A stretch of DNA of 64,000 bases. Origin: Candidatus Marinacidobacterales bacterium (GTDB lineage: Bacteria > Acidobacteriota > Vicinamibacteria > Marinacidobacterales > SMYC01). The stretch's first letter is position 1; each line of letters opens with the position of its first letter. The position numbers and the translations under genes were made by a program. A model generated the notes under the pieces. That model was not told the origin of the DNA, made no database searches, and saw nothing but the letters and a program-made list of their open reading frames with translations. The DNA lies in assembly GCA_965237955.1 (NCBI GenBank), contig OZ250169.1, positions 2,528,001-2,592,000 on the forward strand, read 5' to 3'. Positions 59,598-64,000 of this stretch are shown piece by piece.

Positions 59598-62228
59598 TCA
59601 GATCACGCCTTTGGCGACGGCGACGGCCTCTTGAAGCCCCATCCATACTAGAGAGACGACAAAAAGCGCGGTTATCGCCCTCCCCAGCCAACCTTTTTCC
59701 TGGAGCCAGCCGAGGGCGAGGCCGAGCCCGACCGCGATCACGGGGTAGGTGAAGTAGTGATGTTTCAGAAGGAAATTGAAGAGCACGTCGAGCGCGCTGA
59801 AGACGACGAGAATGCCCCCCCAGCTGTACAGGAGGACGCCCCGCTCGGCGCGCGCGAGGCTCAGCCCGACGAGCCCGATGAGCGGGACGAGGGGCGAGCC
59901 GAACGTGTACGCGAGCTTTCCCGGTTGGGAGGAGACGCGGGCGAGAACGTCGATCCCGGTATCCGACCCCGAGCCCCACAGGAGCGCCGGGAGCGAGTCG
60001 CGCACGAACGGAAGCGTCCAGTGGATGTAATACAGCAGGAACGAAACGACCCAGGCGACGACGATCAAGCTCGAAAGCCGCTTCGCGAGCTCGGGATAGC
60101 GCGCATACGACACAGCGCATGCGGCCACGAGCGTGAGCGAGGCGAACAGAAGCGAGCCCGTGTAAGAAACAAAGCAGAGGGAGACAAGCGCCAACGACCA
60201 CCCGAAGACGGCGCGCTCGCGAAGTTCGTCGATTTTGACGACGATGAACCCGAGTGCGAGCGTGGACGCCCACGTGCCGAAGAGCGTCATGAGATGACCG
60301 ATACCCAAGAGTTGAAATCCCGTCGGAACGAAGACGCTCGCGAATGCCGCGTACGCGCCCGCGCGCGCGGAGCCGATGCGCGTCGCCACCAGCGCTGTCG
60401 CGAGTGAGATCCCGAACAGAAGCGATGCGAGAACGAGCTTCGTGACCACGTGGAACCACAGACGGGGTAGTGCCGCGAACGGCGCCGCGAGAGTGTGGAA
60501 CAGGCACGAATGCGGGATGATCAAATGGTTCCATTGAGGCTGGCGGCTCAGCATGCTTCCGGGATACGGAAGGTAGTAGTGGAGGAACCGTCCTTGCCAG
60601 ATCTCTTCGGCGATATCCACGTGGAACCCGTAGTGGCCGCCGACATAGAGCGGTGATGCGAGCGCAGCGAACCACAGGGTGAAACCGCCGAGCGCGATCG
60701 AGACCGCGAGCGGCGAAAGCTCGGGGAGGAAATTCCTGCGTGCGGTGACGTCGACAAAACCTCGAGCCCCCGCGCCGAGGAACAACGTGGCGATGGCGCC
60801 GAGGAAGAGAGTCGGCAAGAACGGAATGGTGACCACCGGCTCGCGGACGAGTGCGGTCACGACAAAAACGGCGAAGATTGCGCCTGCCACGGTCGATCGG
60901 AGCGCCGCCGACACGAGCAACGTGGCGCCGAGGACGACGACGAGCGGCCGAAGCGCCGGGAAGCTTCCGCCGCGCTCGATTTCGACGCGCTCGATCCGAA
61001 GCACGGTCCCCGCGCCGAGACCCGGAAACGTGAGCACGTGCGCCGAGCGCCATCCCGTCGAGGACGCCGGGACCTTGAGCTCGTAGCGGGCCCAGTTGGG
61101 CGTGACCTCCGCCACGAGATTGCGACCTGCGGTGGTCACCAGGACGCCTGACGTACCTGACGTATTCGCCCCGGTGGCCGACGCGTGGATCGCGATCGTC
61201 CACGGACTACCCGAGCCGAAGTCTCTCAGATCGAGGGTTGCGCCGGCGCGAGCGAGCCGGAAGGTAATGTCGCCTTCGCGGTCGAGTGGGCCGAATCGGT
61301 GCGCGATCCCCGCCGTCGTGCCTGAACCGAGGTTGATCTCGACGTGCGGCGTCGAACGGTAGCCGGCCCAGACGCCCACGAGCGTGAGCGCCGCGAGGAC
61401 GGCAACCCGGCCGCGGGCGAGCCCCGAAACGTTTTCGACGAGCGAGCGCGCCGAGGCTTCGAGGACGTCGTTCGCGAATCGCGCCACCGATGGGGTCAAA
61501 AAGCGCACGAGCGTGAGTGCAACCAAAACCGCGGCGGCGACGGGAACGAGAAGTGTCGTGCTCGCGCGGGCAAAGGCGAACCCTCCGGCGAGGACGAGGC
61601 CTATCGCGCACGCGGCCACGAGCGGCTTCGAGTGCATCGTGGAGCGCGGGGGGCACGATAGGAACACGAGCGCGACGATGATGACGCTCAACAACAGCTG
61701 TCGTAGCGGTGGCGCCGTCCAGCCTGTCCAATCTGTCAGGCCGGGGAGTGTCAGCCGGACACGGTGGACGCGTACGCCGAGCGCGCGATCGTCGCCCGCG
61801 CCCGGCGAGAACGTTTCCGCGCGTAGACGGACGTCGACATCGGAGCTCCACCACCCGGACGTGCGCGCATCGAGCGAGTACCACTCGATGCCGCGGCGGG
61901 GGGGGCGGACTCTCACGCTCTCTCCCGCTACCTCGACGATGACGATGGGCGGCTGTGCACGCTCGGGAGCGGGCGGGCGAAAGCCAGAAAGCTCGAGCTC
62001 GACCACGGCGTCTCGGAACCCGCCCGGATCGCGGAAGACGATCCGGCTTTCCGCTCGGGTCCAACGATACCCCTGCTCGGTGTCATGGAAGTTCTCGATC
62101 GCGAGTGCACTCGGAAAGCTTCGGCCGAGGTCGAGCTCGACGACGGCAGGCAGTTGATAAGCGAGCGCGACCGACACCAGGGTCGAAAAGACGGCCGTGC
62201 CGCCTGCTTTCCACGAGCCGCGCATCAA
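59598..62228 (-). CDS. large multi-pass membrane protein (GT-C-like, with extracytoplasmic domains)
   Basis: many TM segments; YRWT...DDRALGV domain; overlaps the upstream GT2 gene. Confidence 0.7.
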   Translation of the reverse strand: MMRGSWKAGGTAVFSTLVSVALAYQLPAVVELDLGRSFPSALAIENFHDTEQGYRWTRAESRIVFRDPGGFRDAVVELELSGFRPPAPERAQPPIVIVEVAGESVRVRPPRRGIEWYSLDARTSGWWSSDVDVRLRAETFSPGAGDDRALGVRVHRVRLTLPGLTDWTGWTAPPLRQLLLSVIIVALVFLSCPPRSTMHSKPLVAACAIGLVLAGGFAFARASTTLLVPVAAAVLVALTLVRFLTPSVARFANDVLEASARSLVENVSGLARGRVAVLAALTLVGVWAGYRSTPHVEINLGSGTTAGIAHRFGPLDREGDITFRLARAGATLDLRDFGSGSPWTIAIHASATGANTSGTSGVLVTTAGRNLVAEVTPNWARYELKVPASSTGWRSAHVLTFPGLGAGTVLRIERVEIERGGSFPALRPLVVVLGATLLVSAALRSTVAGAIFAVFVVTALVREPVVTIPFLPTLFLGAIATLFLGAGARGFVDVTARRNFLPELSPLAVSIALGGFTLWFAALASPLYVGGHYGFHVDIAEEIWQGRFLHYYLPYPGSMLSRQPQWNHLIIPHSCLFHTLAAPFAALPRLWFHVVTKLVLASLLFGISLATALVATRIGSARAGAYAAFASVFVPTGFQLLGIGHLMTLFGTWASTLALGFIVVKIDELRERAVFGWSLALVSLCFVSYTGSLLFASLTLVAACAVSYARYPELAKRLSSLIVVAWVVSFLLYYIHWTLPFVRDSLPALLWGSGSDTGIDVLARVSSQPGKLAYTFGSPLVPLIGLVGLSLARAERGVLLYSWGGILVVFSALDVLFNFLLKHHYFTYPVIAVGLGLALGWLQEKGWLGRAITALFVVSLVWMGLQEAVAVAKGVI

Positions 62229-62959
62229 TCTCGCGCGGCGAGCTTGGTTTTATTGGAGTGGAACAGCCTGAGCTTGGCCCAGAGTTTCAAGAGGGCGAGA
62301 AACGTGCGGGGCACATCAATAGGGCGGACCGTCGACTTTCCCGCTGTTCGCGGGTAGTGCCGCACTCCGGTTTGACTGTAGCGGTAGCCCGCGCGGTGGA
62401 GCTGGACGACGATCTCGGTGTCGATGAAAAATTGATCTTCCTCGAGGTGGAGCGAGGTCAGTGCCTCACGGCGAAAGAGCTTGAACGAGCAGTTCAAGTC
62501 TCGGACGTCCATCCCGAACGCGAACGACGCGAGGGCGTTGTACCCGTTCGAGACCATCAGGCGAAACGCACCATCCTGACGCCCGACCCGATAGCCGAGG
62601 AGGGCATCGACGCCCTCCATTGCCGGCAAGAAGCGCTCGAGCTCGCGGAGATCGAACTGGTTGTCGGCATCGGTGTAGAAAATGTATCGCCCCCGCGCCG
62701 CGGTGAACCCTCGACGGAGCGCGACCCCGAATCCGAGATTCCTCGGGTGGGTGACGACATTCAAGCGCTCGCCGAACTCTTCGCCGAGGCGTTTCAGGAT
62801 CGCCGGCGTTTCGTCGCGACTGCCATCGTCGACCACGACGAGCTCATAGTCGTCGACGAGGGGTGCGACCGCCTCCGCCGAGCTTCGGACGGCGCGCTCG
62901 ATGCTGCCTTGTTCGTTGAAGGCAGGCAACACGACCGACAGGGCTGGGGTAGAGGCCAT
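62225..62959 (-). CDS. glycosyltransferase family 2 (polyprenyl-phosphate glycosyltransferase-like)
   Basis: SVVLPAFNE, VVDDGSRD, NLGFG.A, TDADNQF, RDLNCSFKLFRR. Confidence 0.92.
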   Translation of the reverse strand: MASTPALSVVLPAFNEQGSIERAVRSSAEAVAPLVDDYELVVVDDGSRDETPAILKRLGEEFGERLNVVTHPRNLGFGVALRRGFTAARGRYIFYTDADNQFDLRELERFLPAMEGVDALLGYRVGRQDGAFRLMVSNGYNALASFAFGMDVRDLNCSFKLFRREALTSLHLEEDQFFIDTEIVVQLHRAGYRYSQTGVRHYPRTAGKSTVRPIDVPRTFLALLKLWAKLRLFHSNKTKLAARD

Positions 62960-63064
62960 GAGACCGCAAGATCTTAGCCCCGATCGCAAACAAAATCGAG
63001 CGCCACCCTGGCCAAAAGTTTTCGCGATCGGGGTTAGCAAAGATGATCGTCGGCGAAAAGCCGA

Positions 63065-63358
63065 CTACTTCGACGATCCCGAGGTGCCGGCTTTCTCTTT
63101 TTTTTTCTTCTTCGACGACTTCGCGGAGCTTTCTGAACTGGCTGACTTCTCCGACTCGGACGACTCCTCGCGCGAGCCCTTCTTCGCGTAGTCGGTGACG
63201 TACCAGCCGGTTCCCTTGAATTGAATCGCGGGAGAAGAGATGAGCCTTTCGACCTTCCCCTTGCACTTCTCGCACTTTTTCAGCGGCGCATCGGCGATTT
63301 TCTGGATGACCTCGAAGCGGTGCCCGCATTTGCGGCACTCATACTCGTAAATAGGCAC
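63065..63358 (-). CDS. FmdB-family zinc-ribbon protein
   Basis: PIYEYECRKCG...CEKC...FKGTGWYVTDY. Confidence 0.92.
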   Translation of the reverse strand: MPIYEYECRKCGHRFEVIQKIADAPLKKCEKCKGKVERLISSPAIQFKGTGWYVTDYAKKGSREESSESEKSASSESSAKSSKKKKKEKAGTSGSSK

Positions 63359-63486
63359 GAAACCAGTTAAGCAGAAATTACGATCCGGATCAACAAAACC
63401 TGCTTGGCTGCCCCTACCGGCGCGCTGGTGAAGCGCACGCCTCCGATGTAGTACAAAGGATCGATCTCAGGAGGATTTCCATACGT

Positions 63487-63684
63487 TTGCTTGGTAGGTT
63501 TCTCTCGTTGGCACTCGCCGTCGGCCCGTCTGTCGCCGCGGCCCAGCCCGCCCAACGGATGTGGATCGGCCAGCGTGAAGTGTACGAGGAATGGCTTCAA
63601 AGGGCGGAAATTCAAGAGATGAAAGACGTTGGCGAGGGGGTGACGAAAGCGACGCGAGTGACGTTGAAACAGGGCGACAGTTGA
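63487..63684 (+). pseudogene. N-terminal fragment of a secreted hypothetical protein
   Basis: signal peptide plus EEWLQRAEI..MKDVGEGVTK.TRVTL, ending abruptly at an inverted repeat. Confidence 0.4.
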
Positions 63685-63741
63685 CGAGCGCGGCGAAGTG
63701 CGGGTGATGTTCAACTGATTGGGAGCGGGTCGGGAAATCGG

Positions 63742-63770
63742 TTGACGCCGGCCGCCGACGGAGCTATAAA
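63742..63770 (+). promoter_or_regulatory. sigma70 promoter
   Basis: TTGACG-17 nt-TATAAA. Confidence 0.75.
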
Positions 63771-63784
63771 TTGGGGTAGGAATC

Positions 63785-63838
63785 ATGTTCATTCGCACTC
63801 GTTCAGCCCGAGACCGCTTTTGGTGGTCGTCCGGCTGA
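63785..63838 (+). CDS. trpL: tryptophan attenuator leader peptide (17 aa)
   Basis: MFIRTRSARDRFWWSSG*, with TGGTGG at 63821-63826, between a promoter and a terminator. Confidence 0.72.
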   Translation: MFIRTRSARDRFWWSSG

Positions 63839-63868
63839 ACGGGGTGCTCTTCCTTTCGTTCTAAATCG

Positions 63869-63912
63869 ACGAAAAGAGGCAACCCGTTGGGGGCTTGCCT
63901 CATTTTCGTTTT
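63869..63912 (+). terminator. attenuator terminator hairpin
   Basis: acgaaaagaggcaaccc-gttg-ggggcttgcctcattttcgtttt. Confidence 0.7.
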
Positions 63913-63954
63913 ACGGGGCGCCTCCCACGAGAAAGGAGACGAGGGCTTCGTAAA

Positions 63955-64000
63955 ATGACCGCGGTTCGGTTTTCTGCCAGGAGGCGTATCAGCACGCTGA
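63955..64000 (+). CDS. probable start of the attenuated gene (truncated by the window edge)
   Basis: ATG at 63955, open to the window end; AAAGGAG at 63932-63938. Confidence 0.35.
   Translation, partial: MTAVRFSARRRISTL

Noticed and set aside
59077-61203. 708-aa minus-strand ORF
   Set aside because: Arg-rich alternative frame overlapping the real membrane protein gene and the leader; a typical high-GC artefact.
63367-63903. 178-aa minus-strand ORF
   Set aside because: Antisense to the promoter and attenuator; no protein features.

Overview
A GC-rich bacterial chromosome segment. Gene content and order (hslVU, Fn3 lipoprotein, fsa, carboxylases, tamB/tamA/surA, CRTAC1/FG-GAP protein, sulfatase, several GT-C-like membrane proteins) suggest Acidobacteriota, which is an inference. 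Most of the window is housekeeping and envelope genes. Layered on top are: (i) a composite element (17795-20641) made of two internally deleted integrase-core IS copies around a membrane-protein cargo gene, bracketed by an unusually long ~84-bp direct repeat of the surA 3' end; (ii) two CTAG-targeting MITEs and an IS607-like tnpB/omegaRNA remnant clustered around an SBP-kinase-sigma54 regulator operon; (iii) about ten intergenic palindromic cassettes built of 6-9-bp tandem repeats, one holding what looks like a four-helix-bundle gene stub; (iv) a ~265-nt structured leader resembling a divergent c-di-AMP riboswitch, under a DnaA-box promoter, upstream of a lytic transglycosylase; (v) an unannotated Trp-Trp leader peptide attenuator at the right edge; and (vi) many truncated, deleted or frameshifted genes. 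No rRNA, tRNA or CRISPR array was found. All calls are by eye, with no database searches.
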